DNA of 60,032 nucleotides, counting the filler. It is 6 parts of 6 records of this genome, joined end to end, with 100 filler letters (N's around TTAATTAATTAA, not from the genome) between each part and the next. Parts side by side here need not be neighbours in the genome. Positions count along the whole stretch, not along the records: positions 47,452 to 53,550 come from SRR31156797_8370; positions 53,651 to 60,032 come from SRR31156797_8374; 4 more parts are not named here. The stretch is one strand, 5' to 3'. Below the pieces are notes generated by a model that saw nothing but the letters and a program-made list of their open reading frames with translations, was not told the DNA's origin and ran no database searches. Made by a program: the position numbers and the translations under genes. How positions within the stretch are numbered: position 1 is the first letter of the stretch; each line of letters begins with the position of its first letter. Shown in pieces: positions 50,578 through 59,962 of this stretch.

Positions 50578-51630
50578 TTGACAAATGATGATTTGAAGTA
50601 TAATTTTACTTCATGGTTGAAAAAATATTTTAATAATAAAATAAATACTCTTGACAAAAAAAATGAAAAACTAAATAGACATAAATTAAAAAACAAAGTA
50701 AATTCAAGTAAAAACCCTACGGAACTAAAATCTACTATTAATGAGATTATTAAATCAGATATCTCTAATTTAAGAAGTTATGCAATTCCACTTTTCTTAT
50801 TCTACGAATTTATTTCAAATAAAAGAGAATTAAAAAGTATTGATGATATTAATGAAGTTGTTTTAAAACAGTTCCTAACTCAAATACTTAAAAAAAAACG
50901 ATATAAAACTACACTTTCATACTTATATTCTATAGTTAGTTATTTTAATTTTATTGATACTTCCACCAGGTATGGACAAAAATATAATTTTAATGTTTCT
51001 AAATTAAAAGTTTATATTACTGCTACTCCAAATAAAAAGGTAAGTATTGATGAAGTTCTTGAATCAGAGTTAAATGCAAAAAAAATAGTTTACTGTATTA
51101 ATACATTTACAAAAAATAAAGAGTCTGGAGTAGTTGCATACAATAAAAGATTGTTACTTAAGGTTATGTTCTTTGGTTGCCTATCTGTTAAAGAAGTTAA
51201 AAATATCAAACTAAGCTCTTGTACTATGATAATGATAGATAAAGTTAAATTCATAAAAATCAATGTTGATGATTTAGAACAACCTCGTAGTGTGTATATT
51301 AAGTATTCATTAATTAAAGAAGAGTTTGAAACATCACTTGACATGAATATTACAGATCCTAATTATTTGTTCTTCAATAGTAAAAATAAGCAATATTCTA
51401 AAATATCAATATATAAATTAGTTAATAAATTTCTTGAGAAAAGTTCTTTAAATATTAATTTACATATATTTTCAAACTATTTTGCAATCTTCTTGTTTAA
51501 CAAAAAATTCACTATAGAAGATGTTTTATCAATACTAGGATATATAGATTCTAATATACAGCTAATGTATCTTAATAAAAGAAATAAAAATATATTTAAG
51601 AAACAAAAGATATTGAAAGAATATATCTAA
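50578..51630 (+). CDS. Tyrosine recombinase-fold protein (XerH-like) with a degenerate active site
   Basis: Core-binding segment (YAIPL..F...L.SIDDINE..L..FL), LLLKVMFFGCLSVKEV, PRSVYI, YLF, LHIFSNYFA, ILGY.......MYL. Confidence 0.75.
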   Translation: MTNDDLKYNFTSWLKKYFNNKINTLDKKNEKLNRHKLKNKVNSSKNPTELKSTINEIIKSDISNLRSYAIPLFLFYEFISNKRELKSIDDINEVVLKQFLTQILKKKRYKTTLSYLYSIVSYFNFIDTSTRYGQKYNFNVSKLKVYITATPNKKVSIDEVLESELNAKKIVYCINTFTKNKESGVVAYNKRLLLKVMFFGCLSVKEVKNIKLSSCTMIMIDKVKFIKINVDDLEQPRSVYIKYSLIKEEFETSLDMNITDPNYLFFNSKNKQYSKISIYKLVNKFLEKSSLNINLHIFSNYFAIFLFNKKFTIEDVLSILGYIDSNIQLMYLNKRNKNIFKKQKILKEYI

Positions 51631-51713
51631 AGTATACAATTTATTGATAATTTATTAATTTTACTATAACATATTATATTAATTAGTAATTAAGTTTAAA
51701 TATTATCAATAGG

Positions 51714-51977
51714 TTGACGAATTTGTTTTTAAAGCTACATGAGATTTTACATATTTCAAAAGACTCGATATTTTGTATTATTGATGAAAAGAATGTATTT
51801 ATTACAAATTGTGCAATTACTGAAATTGCAAAAAGAAAAGATATCAAGATAGACTCAGTTGTAGAAGATTTAACATATGAAGACCGAATAATACTTTGTG
51901 AAAATAACTTTAATTTAAATGATTTATTTGAACAACGAAAAGGTATTATTTTTTATGGGGAAAAACATGACATATAG
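51714..51977 (+). CDS. Hypothetical protein
   Basis: 87-aa TTG-start ORF overlapping the next gene. Confidence 0.5.
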   Translation: MTNLFLKLHEILHISKDSIFCIIDEKNVFITNCAITEIAKRKDIKIDSVVEDLTYEDRIILCENNFNLNDLFEQRKGIIFYGEKHDI

Positions 51978-52533
51978 AGTAAGTGCAATTAATAATACTA
52001 ATCTTACTGATTTTTATAAAGGAAAAAAGTTAGAGATTATTCAAGATAAGTTTTCTTCAATTTTTACAACGATTAGCTCAATTGAATTGAAAGATTCTTT
52101 ATTTATTGAATTAGAAAGATTACCTGATATAGAGTTTGACAAACAGATCAATGCATATGATAGTAATGCACATTGTTTAATTGAACTATTTAAAGTAAAT
52201 GGTAATAGAAATATTCAAACAGATTTATTTTTAGTTAAAAAAATATCAGAAAATAAAGACTTTTTTAGGTCATGCAAAAGAGAGCCAATAAAAGAGTGTG
52301 TTCTTTCTTTATGCTTTAAAGATATTTATAACCAAACTCAATATAAAGAATTGGAAGGTCATGATATCTCAAAAGGTGGAATATCTTTCCTAATAAAAGA
52401 AGATGAAATTCATTCAATAAATGAATATATTTCAATCTCTTGTGAAGAGTTAATGTTAGAGAATAAAGAAATCCAATTAATGAATATGAATCGAATTAAT
52501 ACACATTTCATTGTAGGTACAAAATTTAAATAG
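51967..52533 (+). CDS. PilZ-domain (c-di-GMP-binding) protein
   Basis: RSCKR (RxxxR) and DISKGG (DxSxxG) at PilZ-like spacing; C-terminal IVGTKF. Confidence 0.72.
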   Translation: MTYRVSAINNTNLTDFYKGKKLEIIQDKFSSIFTTISSIELKDSLFIELERLPDIEFDKQINAYDSNAHCLIELFKVNGNRNIQTDLFLVKKISENKDFFRSCKREPIKECVLSLCFKDIYNQTQYKELEGHDISKGGISFLIKEDEIHSINEYISISCEELMLENKEIQLMNMNRINTHFIVGTKFK

Positions 52534-52542
52534 GAGAAGAAT

Positions 52543-53004
52543 TTGAAGAAAAAAAATATATTTAGTCTATTAGTCATTAGTATCTTTTCTTGTAGCTTTT
52601 CAAATGCAGGAACTGTAGAAACTGTTACTAATGCTGAAGTAAAGAGTTTTGGATTAAATGTTCGTACAAGTCCAAAAGTTACGAATAATAACAGGCTTTA
52701 TGAACTGAAAAGAGGTACTAAAGTTACTGTATATAGTAAGACTGGTAACTGGTGTAATATTAGTAAGAATAAAAAACGGTTTGTTTCTTGTAAATATTTA
52801 ATTACTACTTCTATTGAAGAGATTGAGATACAAAAAGAAAAAATTAAAGTTAAACCTTCTGCTAATGCAGTGTCAACTGAGAGAGTTGGTTTGATGAATG
52901 TTATTTTAAAACTAATTGATGAGGTAAACTTCTTGAAAGATAAAGTTAACTCATTAGAAGAAAAAGTGAACACTCTGGAGAAAAAAAATGAAAGCAAAAC
53001 TTAA
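52543..53004 (+). CDS. Exported bacterial SH3 (SH3b) domain protein with a coiled-coil tail
   Basis: Signal peptide; LNVRTSP...LKRGTKV.V.....NW..I.....FVS.KYL. Confidence 0.85.
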   Translation: MKKKNIFSLLVISIFSCSFSNAGTVETVTNAEVKSFGLNVRTSPKVTNNNRLYELKRGTKVTVYSKTGNWCNISKNKKRFVSCKYLITTSIEEIEIQKEKIKVKPSANAVSTERVGLMNVILKLIDEVNFLKDKVNSLEEKVNTLEKKNESKT

Positions 53005-53404
53005 TATACTACTTATTGATGATACTAATACTGTTTTACTTATCACTGAAGCTCTTTTAAAAAAAGAAAACTATATTACAGATGAAGATACTTTTGAAAC
53101 AAAACAAAGTGTTGAAGAATTAACTAATAAAGAGTTATTAGAAATCAGTTCTAACTATGATGTTATAATTTGTGATCATAATTTAGAAGAAAGAATCACT
53201 GGATTAGATTTTTTAATTAATATAAAAAAATTTAAATTTGCAGGACTTTTGATTCTTTTAACAAGTGATGAAAGTTATGATTTACATACAAGAGTTGGAA
53301 GAGAAAATATTCACTATATTATAAAGAACGTAGAAGAGGGTGAAAATAGTACTAATGCTCTTTTAGGAAACCTAATAACTGATTATAGAAATAGAACTGT
53401 TTAG
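52988..53404 (+). CDS. Single-domain response regulator (receiver)
   Basis: ILLIDD, IICDHNL..ITGLDFL, LLTS, YIIK. Confidence 0.82.
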   Translation: MKAKLNILLIDDTNTVLLITEALLKKENYITDEDTFETKQSVEELTNKELLEISSNYDVIICDHNLEERITGLDFLINIKKFKFAGLLILLTSDESYDLHTRVGRENIHYIIKNVEEGENSTNALLGNLITDYRNRTV

Positions 53405-53424
53405 ACTGCTATAGTTTTTTTAAG

Positions 53425-53485
53425 TGATTGCCTAAAAGTCATTTTTGTTCCTATATTTCCTAACCTACTAGCTTTTAGGCAATCA
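53425..53485. repeat. 14-bp perfect inverted repeat with a 33-nt spacer
   Basis: tgattgcctaaaag (53425-38) / cttttaggcaatca (53472-85). Confidence 0.75.
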
Positions 53486-53550
53486 TCTAAGAAAACTCAA
53501 TATCAATCACAAAGGAGTCCATTTTGTACAAATTTATATTTAGCTGCATC

Positions 53551-53650
53551 NNNNNNNNNNNNNNNNNNNNNNNNNNNNNNNNNNNNNNNNNNNNTTAATT
53601 AATTAANNNNNNNNNNNNNNNNNNNNNNNNNNNNNNNNNNNNNNNNNNNN
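53551..53650. other. Artificial contig linker
   Basis: N44-TTAATTAATTAA-N44. Confidence 0.99.
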
Positions 53651-53651
53651 A

Positions 53652-53720
53652 TTCAAATCAAGACCAAACAGACCTCATCCAATGTTCCTAGGTTTTGTTA
53701 AAGCAATGTTAGCTGAATAA
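53652..53720 (+). CDS. pyrG: CTP synthase, extreme C-terminus
   Basis: Manual translation FKSRPNRPHPMFLGFVKAMLAE*, matching the PyrG C-terminal motif EFKSRP..PHPLF..F. Confidence 0.85.
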   Translation, partial: FKSRPNRPHPMFLGFVKAMLAE

Positions 53721-53730
53721 TTAATTTCTT

Positions 53731-53765
53731 ACTGGAAAATCATTTAATGGTTTTCCAGTTTTTTT
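53731..53765 (+). terminator. Intrinsic terminator after pyrG
   Basis: actggaaaatca...tggttttccagt plus T-tract. Confidence 0.8.
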
Positions 53766-53850
53766 ATTGATATTTATAGCATAGTAAAGTAAACTTATTT
53801 GAATAGCGAATTATTGACTAAAAAAGTAAAAAACTAGAGGAGGTAATTTC

Positions 53851-54720
53851 ATGAAACAATATTTAGATATGGTTAAATATGTATTAGAGAACGGTGAGAT
53901 TAAAGAAAATAGAACCGGAGTTGATACTTTAAGTGTTTTTTCCTATTTTTACAAAGTTGATTTATCTAAAGGTTATCCATTACTAACAACTAAAAAAATG
54001 TATTTTAAATCTATGTTGAGAGAACTATTTTGGTATCTTAGTGGAGATGAGCATATAAAAGAACTGAAAAAACAGACTAAAATATGGGATGCCTGGGCAG
54101 ATGAAAATGGAGGCTTAGAAACAGCGTATGGGAGATTTTGGAGACGTTATCCTATTCCTGATATAGGGTTGAATGGAGAAGCTTGGACAGATGAAAATAA
54201 CAAGTGGGTAACGATAGAAGAAAATGGCCAAAAAGTATTTGATCAAATACAATATATAATTGATTCCCTTAAAGAGATAAAAAAGAATCCAAATCATATG
54301 AATTTAAGAAGACTGGTGATTAATGCGTGGCATCCGGGGAATGCAAGTATCAGTAAACTTCCACCTTGTCATTATACTTTTGCCTTTAATGTTATGGGAA
54401 ATAAATTAAATTGCCATCTCACCCAAAGAAGTGGTGATGTTGCATTAGGGATTCCATTTAATTTAGCATGTTACTCTTTACTAACAATGATGCTGGCAAA
54501 AGAGTGTGGTTATGAAGCAGGGGAGTTTGCTCACACGATAATCGACTGTCATATTTATGAAAATCATATTGAGGGACTAAAAGAGCAAGTTAAAAGAAAA
54601 CCACATAAATTACCTAATATAATAATAGCGGACAAAACATTTAATGAATTGACTTTTGATGACATTAAGTTGGAAAATTATGTGTATGATGACTTAATTA
54701 AATTTGAAGTAGCAGTTTGA
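53851..54720 (+). CDS. thyA: Thymidylate synthase
   Basis: NRTG, PLLTTKK, IWDAWAD, LPPCH, QRSGD..LGIPFN, HIYENH. Confidence 0.97.
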   Translation: MKQYLDMVKYVLENGEIKENRTGVDTLSVFSYFYKVDLSKGYPLLTTKKMYFKSMLRELFWYLSGDEHIKELKKQTKIWDAWADENGGLETAYGRFWRRYPIPDIGLNGEAWTDENNKWVTIEENGQKVFDQIQYIIDSLKEIKKNPNHMNLRRLVINAWHPGNASISKLPPCHYTFAFNVMGNKLNCHLTQRSGDVALGIPFNLACYSLLTMMLAKECGYEAGEFAHTIIDCHIYENHIEGLKEQVKRKPHKLPNIIIADKTFNELTFDDIKLENYVYDDLIKFEVAV

Positions 54721-54742
54721 TATATTTAATCAATAAAAGTTA

Positions 54743-54771
54743 TTGACAAATCTTTATTTAAATGATAATAT
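54743..54771 (+). promoter_or_regulatory. Sigma70-type promoter of the uraA leader
   Basis: TTGACA (54743-48), 17-nt spacer, TAATAT (54766-71) preceded by TGn (extended -10). Confidence 0.7.
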
Positions 54772-54833
54772 AATCCTCGAGAAAAAAGAAAATAAAAGAA
54801 AAAAGTAAAAGAAAAAAAGAGGAGGAAAGTAAG

Positions 54834-54977
54834 ATGAGAAACTTTTTAATGTTTTTTAATGTAAAGCTGAAAAATATTTCATCTATATTTTTAAATTCCG
54901 AATCTTTTATAGGTGAACTATTTTTTAAGAAAAGTAAGTTGAAAAATAATAATTTAATATATTTTGTAATGGGTTAA
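54834..54977 (+). CDS. Putative attenuator leader peptide (pyrL-like), 47 aa
   Basis: Strong RBS AGGAGG; MRNFLMFFNVKLKNISSIFLNSESFIGELFFKKSKLKNNNLIYFVMG*; U-rich; stop codon lies inside the 5' arm of the terminator. Confidence 0.7.
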   Translation: MRNFLMFFNVKLKNISSIFLNSESFIGELFFKKSKLKNNNLIYFVMG

Positions 54978-55007
54978 GTGTCTACTGACATTTGACTCAT
55001 TTTTTTT
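54968..55007 (+). terminator. Attenuator terminator upstream of uraA
   Basis: aatgggttaagtgtc-tact-gacatttgactcatt (15-bp stem with G:U pairs) plus T-tract. Confidence 0.8.
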
Positions 55008-55074
55008 GTAAAAAAATAGATTTAAATATGAGGAATTAATCAATAATAAATTTAAAATATATTAGGAGGTAGAG

Positions 55075-56319
55075 ATGGTAAAGACAAATAGGACAGGTGT
55101 GGAAATTGGAGGAAAAGCTCAGTACATTTTAGGTTTACAACATGTACTAGCAATGTTTGGAGCTACGGTTTTAGTTCCTTTTTTAACAGGGTTAAATCCT
55201 TCAATAGCATTATTAGCAGCAGGTGTAGGAACGTTGTTATTTCACTTTTGCACAAAAAAAGTTGTTCCGGTATTTTTAGGATCAAGTTTTGCATTCATTG
55301 GGGCTATTAGTTTAATATTAAAAGCCGAAGGTATTGGAGTAGTAAAAGGTGGAATAATTGGTGCCGGGATTATTTATATAATAATGTCATTAATTATTTC
55401 GAAATTTGGTGTTGAAGTAGTTAAAAGTTTTTTTCCGCCAATTGTTACAGGACCGATTATTATGGTAATAGGACTTAGACTTAGTCCGGTAGCGTTAAGT
55501 ATGATAGGATACTCAAGTGATAAGTTCGATCTTAAAAGCTTATTCATTGCAAGTGTTGTTATCATATCAATGATTGCAATTTCAATTATGGAAAAATCAT
55601 TTTTTAGATTAGTTCCAATTTTAATATCAGTAACTCTTGGTTATTTAATCTCAATTCCTTTTGGATTAGTAAGTTTTGACGCAATTGCAAATGCAAACTG
55701 GATTGGTTTATCAAGTGATGCAATGAAAGATTTCTTAACAATGCCTAAATTCACACTAACTGGAATTTTAGCAATTTCACCTATAGCATTAGTAGTATTT
55801 ATTGAGCATATCGGAGATATTACAACTAATGGGGCTGTTGTTGGAAAAGATTTCTTTAAAAATCCGGGAGTTCATAGAACGATGCTTGGTGACGGTGTTG
55901 CAACAATATTCGCAGGATTAATCGGCGGACCGGCAAATACAACATATGGTGAAAATACTGGAGTACTTGCAGTGACAAAAGTATACGATCCTAAAATATT
56001 AAGAATTGCAGCTGTCTATGCAGTAGCATTAAGTTTTATTGGTAAATTTGGAGCAATTTTACAGACTATTCCAGTACCGGTAATGGGTGGGGTATCAGTA
56101 ATTTTATTCGGAATGATTGCAAGTGTTGGGGTAAGAACATTAGTTGAAGCTGAACTTGATTTTGCTCATAGTAGAAACTTAATTATCGCGGCAGTAATAT
56201 TTGTATTCGGAATCGCTGTTGGTAATGTAGCAATCTGGAAAACAGTAAGTATGTCAGGATTAACTATGGCGGCTATTTTAGGAGTTGTATTAAATAAAGT
56301 ACTTCCAAAGGATATTTAA
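55075..56319 (+). CDS. uraA: Uracil permease (NCS2 family)
   Basis: GLQHVLAMFGATVLVP, FLGSSFAFI, EHIGD, GGPANTTYGENTGV. Confidence 0.93.
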   Translation: MVKTNRTGVEIGGKAQYILGLQHVLAMFGATVLVPFLTGLNPSIALLAAGVGTLLFHFCTKKVVPVFLGSSFAFIGAISLILKAEGIGVVKGGIIGAGIIYIIMSLIISKFGVEVVKSFFPPIVTGPIIMVIGLRLSPVALSMIGYSSDKFDLKSLFIASVVIISMIAISIMEKSFFRLVPILISVTLGYLISIPFGLVSFDAIANANWIGLSSDAMKDFLTMPKFTLTGILAISPIALVVFIEHIGDITTNGAVVGKDFFKNPGVHRTMLGDGVATIFAGLIGGPANTTYGENTGVLAVTKVYDPKILRIAAVYAVALSFIGKFGAILQTIPVPVMGGVSVILFGMIASVGVRTLVEAELDFAHSRNLIIAAVIFVFGIAVGNVAIWKTVSMSGLTMAAILGVVLNKVLPKDI

Positions 56320-56339
56320 GAATAATATATAAATTAACG

Positions 56340-56370
56340 AAGCAGATGGCAAAAGCTATCTGCTTTTTTT
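56340..56370 (+). terminator. Intrinsic terminator
   Basis: aagcagatggc-aaaa-gctatctgctt plus T-tract. Confidence 0.82.
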
Positions 56371-56577
56371 ATGTACTATTAAAAGTCTAAAATAGATAAA
56401 GTTCAACTGATTCTTGAATTTTTTTAGAAGTTAAAAGAGATTAAAAATTTCTTCTTTACTTAATCTTGAGTTTATTAGGTCATACGACTTGCTCATTAGT
56501 TTTTTTTGTGATAAAATAAGAGGATTGTTATGGACAATTATATTTGATATAAATTTAAGATAAAATTAGGAGGAATA

Positions 56578-57630
56578 ATGCAAGAAAACAATAAATTTAA
56601 TTTATTAAATGCTGATATAAAGGAGTTAGAGCAATTTATAATTGAATTAGGACTTAAGAAATTCAATGCAAAGCAAATTTATAACTGGTTACATGCAAAA
56701 ATTGAAAGAAAAATTGATAATATGACAAACTTATCTCTTAAAAACAGAGAATTACTTAAAGAGAAGGCTTATATTCCATTTCTTGAAGTATTAGATCAAA
56801 AAGTTTCGAAAATTGATGGAACAGAAAAATATCTTTTTGAGTTAGAAGACAAAAATACTATTGAAACAGTACTTTTAAAGCATAAAGACAGAATTACACT
56901 ATGTGTATCGACTCAAGTTGGATGTCCTGTAGGATGTGAATTTTGTGCGACTGGAATTGACGGTTTTGAAAGAAATCTTGAACCACATGAAATAATCAAT
57001 CAGGTTTATACTATTTACAGAAGACTTGCTAAAAAAGGTCAAAAAATAAATAATATAGTGTTTATGGGAATGGGAGAGCCTTTATTAAATGTTGATAACT
57101 TAATTAAGTCTATTTATACTCTTATTGATCCTCAAGGGCTTGACTTTGCTAAGAGAAAAATTACAGTTTCTACATCTGGAATTGTTCCTGGAATTGAAAG
57201 ATTAATGGAAGAAAAACTTGATGTTGAATTAGCGGTATCTTTACACTCAGTATTTAATGATAAAAGAGATGAAATCGTACCAATTAATAAAAAATATCCG
57301 TTAGAGGATTTAGCGATAACTTTACAACAATATCAAAAAATGACTAAAAGAAGAATTTCGTTTGAATATATCTTAATTAGAAACTTTAACGTAACTAGAA
57401 GTGATATGGAATTTTTAGCAAACTTTATGCATGAGTTTGATCATATCTTAAACCTAATTCCATATAATGAAGTTGAAGGAAAAGATTATGAAAGACCGCA
57501 TGATGCTAAAATCGAGAAATTCTTTACTTATTTAAAAGATGACAGAAGTGTAAATGTAACACTTAGAAGAGAAAAAGGAAGCGATATTAACGGAGCTTGT
57601 GGACAATTAAGACAAAAAAATAAGAAATAA
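56578..57630 (+). CDS. rlmN: 23S rRNA A2503/tRNA A37 C2-methyltransferase RlmN
   Basis: [42 protein letters not shown]. Confidence 0.96.
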   Translation: MQENNKFNLLNADIKELEQFIIELGLKKFNAKQIYNWLHAKIERKIDNMTNLSLKNRELLKEKAYIPFLEVLDQKVSKIDGTEKYLFELEDKNTIETVLLKHKDRITLCVSTQVGCPVGCEFCATGIDGFERNLEPHEIINQVYTIYRRLAKKGQKINNIVFMGMGEPLLNVDNLIKSIYTLIDPQGLDFAKRKITVSTSGIVPGIERLMEEKLDVELAVSLHSVFNDKRDEIVPINKKYPLEDLAITLQQYQKMTKRRISFEYILIRNFNVTRSDMEFLANFMHEFDHILNLIPYNEVEGKDYERPHDAKIEKFFTYLKDDRSVNVTLRREKGSDINGACGQLRQKNKK

Positions 57631-57722
57631 TTAGATTTCTTAATCAAATTTTAAATTAAAGCAGTTACTATTAAAAATAAAATAATTTGATAAAAAACAT
57701 CCAATTTTGGAGGTAAATTTTA

Positions 57723-59933
57723 ATGGTAAGAAAAATTAAATACTTTCTGATAACTAGTTTTATACTTATCTTTGCATTAGGAACAAGTGTTGTTGGTTAT
57801 ATACTTTATAAAGCTTATATAGATTTACCTGATATTAGTATACTTGTTGAGGAGTATGATCCAATTATCCCAACAATTATATATGACACAAATGGTGAAA
57901 TTATAGATAGGTTTTTTAAGGAAAATCGAGAAATCGCTGACATTGATGATATACCACTTCATGTTCAGGATGCTTTTTTAGCAATTGAGGATAAGAAATT
58001 TAGAAAACATTATGGTTTTGATCCCTTACGTGTGCTGAAATCAGTAGTAATGGCACCTAAGTATATTTTGGCGAAAAGAAATGTACCAGGTGGAAGTACA
58101 ATAACTCAACAGCTTGTAAAAAATGCTTTTTTAACAAATGAACGAAAGATCATGAGAAAAGTTAAAGAAGCAATGATTGCAATTGAGATAGAAAGACGAT
58201 ATACAAAAGCTGAAATTCTAGAAAAATATCTTAATGAGATATATTTTGGTTCCGGAGCATATGGAATTAAAACAGCTGCGAGAGTATTCTTTGATAAAAA
58301 TTTAAGTGAAATTAATCTTGCTGAAGCAGCGCTTCTTGCCGGTGTTCCAAATAGACCAGCTAAATATTCACCACTTAGAAACTTGGATAATGCTACACAA
58401 AGACAAAAGTTAATTCTTCGTCAAATGAAGAAATGGGGATTTATAACTGAAATAGATCATCAAAAAGCTTTGAAACAGAAATTTGTATTAGAAAATCCTG
58501 AAGTTGATTATGAAGGACAAGAATATACTTCTGTTGTAGTAAAAGGAAAAAAACTAAAAAGAGGAATTGTTGCGCCGGATTTTGTTGATGTTGTAAATGA
58601 TCAAGTGTTTGAAATGTTTGATCAAAAAGAAGTTTATGAAAGTGGACTTAGAATTTATACAACTCTTGACTTAAGAATGCAAAAAGCTGCAGAGGAAGCA
58701 TTTAGAGGTTCAGACTTGTTTAAAAAGAGACCTGATCTTGATGGTGCACTTATCACTATCGACTCACAAACTGGTTATGTTAAGGCTGTAATTGGTGGAA
58801 AAGAGTTTAAGTCTCAAAACTTTAACAGAGCATTTATGGCGAAAAGACAACCTGGTTCATCATTTAAACCGTTTTTATATTATTCAGCTCTAAAAGCCGG
58901 ATATCAAATGAATTTGGTAATGGAAGATTCAAAACTAAAATATGGAGAATGGGAACCGGTAAACTATTCAGGTAAATTTGATAAAAATATAACGATTCTT
59001 GAAAGTATAGAAAGATCAGTAAATATTTCTGCAATTAAATTACTAAGAAAAGTCGGGCTTAAAAATCTGATAGCAAATTCCAAAAAATTAGGTATTAAAT
59101 CAGAAATACCATATAACCTGACTGCTGCACTTGGATCAATGACGCTTACGCCATTTGAACTTGCAACAGCTTATACACCATTTTCGAATGGTGGATATCA
59201 AGTAGAACCGATATTCATAACTAAAATAACTGATAGATATGGAAAAGTAATATTTGAGAATAGAATCAAAAAAGAAAAAATAGTTGATGCTAAGGAACTT
59301 GCGTTATTAGTACATATGATGAAAGATGTAGTTGAACTGGGTTCTGGTAGAAGAGCCAGAGTAAGATATAAAGATGATAATGGAAGAACAAATTATATTG
59401 AACAAGGTGGAAAGACAGGAACAACTAATGCCTTTAGATCAGCATGGTTTAGTGGATATACACCAGAAATGGTAACTACTCTTTATGTTGGAAAGGATAA
59501 TAATAAAAGTATGGGACCTAGAATGAGTGGTGGATCTATTGCTGCTCCGATTTGGGGAGTTTACGTACAGAAATTATTTGACCAAGGGATTTATGAACCG
59601 ACAAGGTTTGAATTCTTGGATAATTTAATAGATGAAAAAGAGTTAGTTCATGAAAATATTGATTCAAGAAATGGCTTATTAACTGATTCGTCAGCATTTA
59701 GAACGAGAAGGGCCTTATTTAAAAGAGGATATACACCTGTAGAATATTCATCAAAGTATAAAAAAGGTCTCGATGAGTTTTTTCCAAAAGAATTGCTTGA
59801 CGATGAAAAGGTTGTTGATGAAACAGTTACAGCTGATGAGATTGGAGCATTCGAGTTGCCTGGTGATGATGAGAGTGTAGAAGTCCAAACTGATATAGAA
59901 ACAATTATAAATGAATTAAATATATTTGATTAG
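57723..59933 (+). CDS. Class A penicillin-binding protein (PBP1A family)
   Basis: EDKKF..H.G, GGSTITQQLVKN, RKVKE, PGSSFK (SxxK), SVN, KTGT. Confidence 0.95.
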   Translation: MVRKIKYFLITSFILIFALGTSVVGYILYKAYIDLPDISILVEEYDPIIPTIIYDTNGEIIDRFFKENREIADIDDIPLHVQDAFLAIEDKKFRKHYGFDPLRVLKSVVMAPKYILAKRNVPGGSTITQQLVKNAFLTNERKIMRKVKEAMIAIEIERRYTKAEILEKYLNEIYFGSGAYGIKTAARVFFDKNLSEINLAEAALLAGVPNRPAKYSPLRNLDNATQRQKLILRQMKKWGFITEIDHQKALKQKFVLENPEVDYEGQEYTSVVVKGKKLKRGIVAPDFVDVVNDQVFEMFDQKEVYESGLRIYTTLDLRMQKAAEEAFRGSDLFKKRPDLDGALITIDSQTGYVKAVIGGKEFKSQNFNRAFMAKRQPGSSFKPFLYYSALKAGYQMNLVMEDSKLKYGEWEPVNYSGKFDKNITILESIERSVNISAIKLLRKVGLKNLIANSKKLGIKSEIPYNLTAALGSMTLTPFELATAYTPFSNGGYQVEPIFITKITDRYGKVIFENRIKKEKIVDAKELALLVHMMKDVVELGSGRRARVRYKDDNGRTNYIEQGGKTGTTNAFRSAWFSGYTPEMVTTLYVGKDNNKSMGPRMSGGSIAAPIWGVYVQKLFDQGIYEPTRFEFLDNLIDEKELVHENIDSRNGLLTDSSAFRTRRALFKRGYTPVEYSSKYKKGLDEFFPKELLDDEKVVDETVTADEIGAFELPGDDESVEVQTDIETIINELNIFD

Positions 59934-59936
59934 AGT

Positions 59937-59962
59937 AAAAGAGTCGGGAAACCGACTCTTTT
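59937..59962 (+). terminator. Intrinsic terminator
   Basis: aaaagagtcgg-gaaa-ccgactctttt. Confidence 0.82.

Noticed and set aside
54834-54977. Phenylalanine attenuator reading of the Phe-rich leader
   Set aside because: The downstream gene is a uracil permease, and all Phe codons are TTT and dispersed, which U-richness explains better than Phe sensing.
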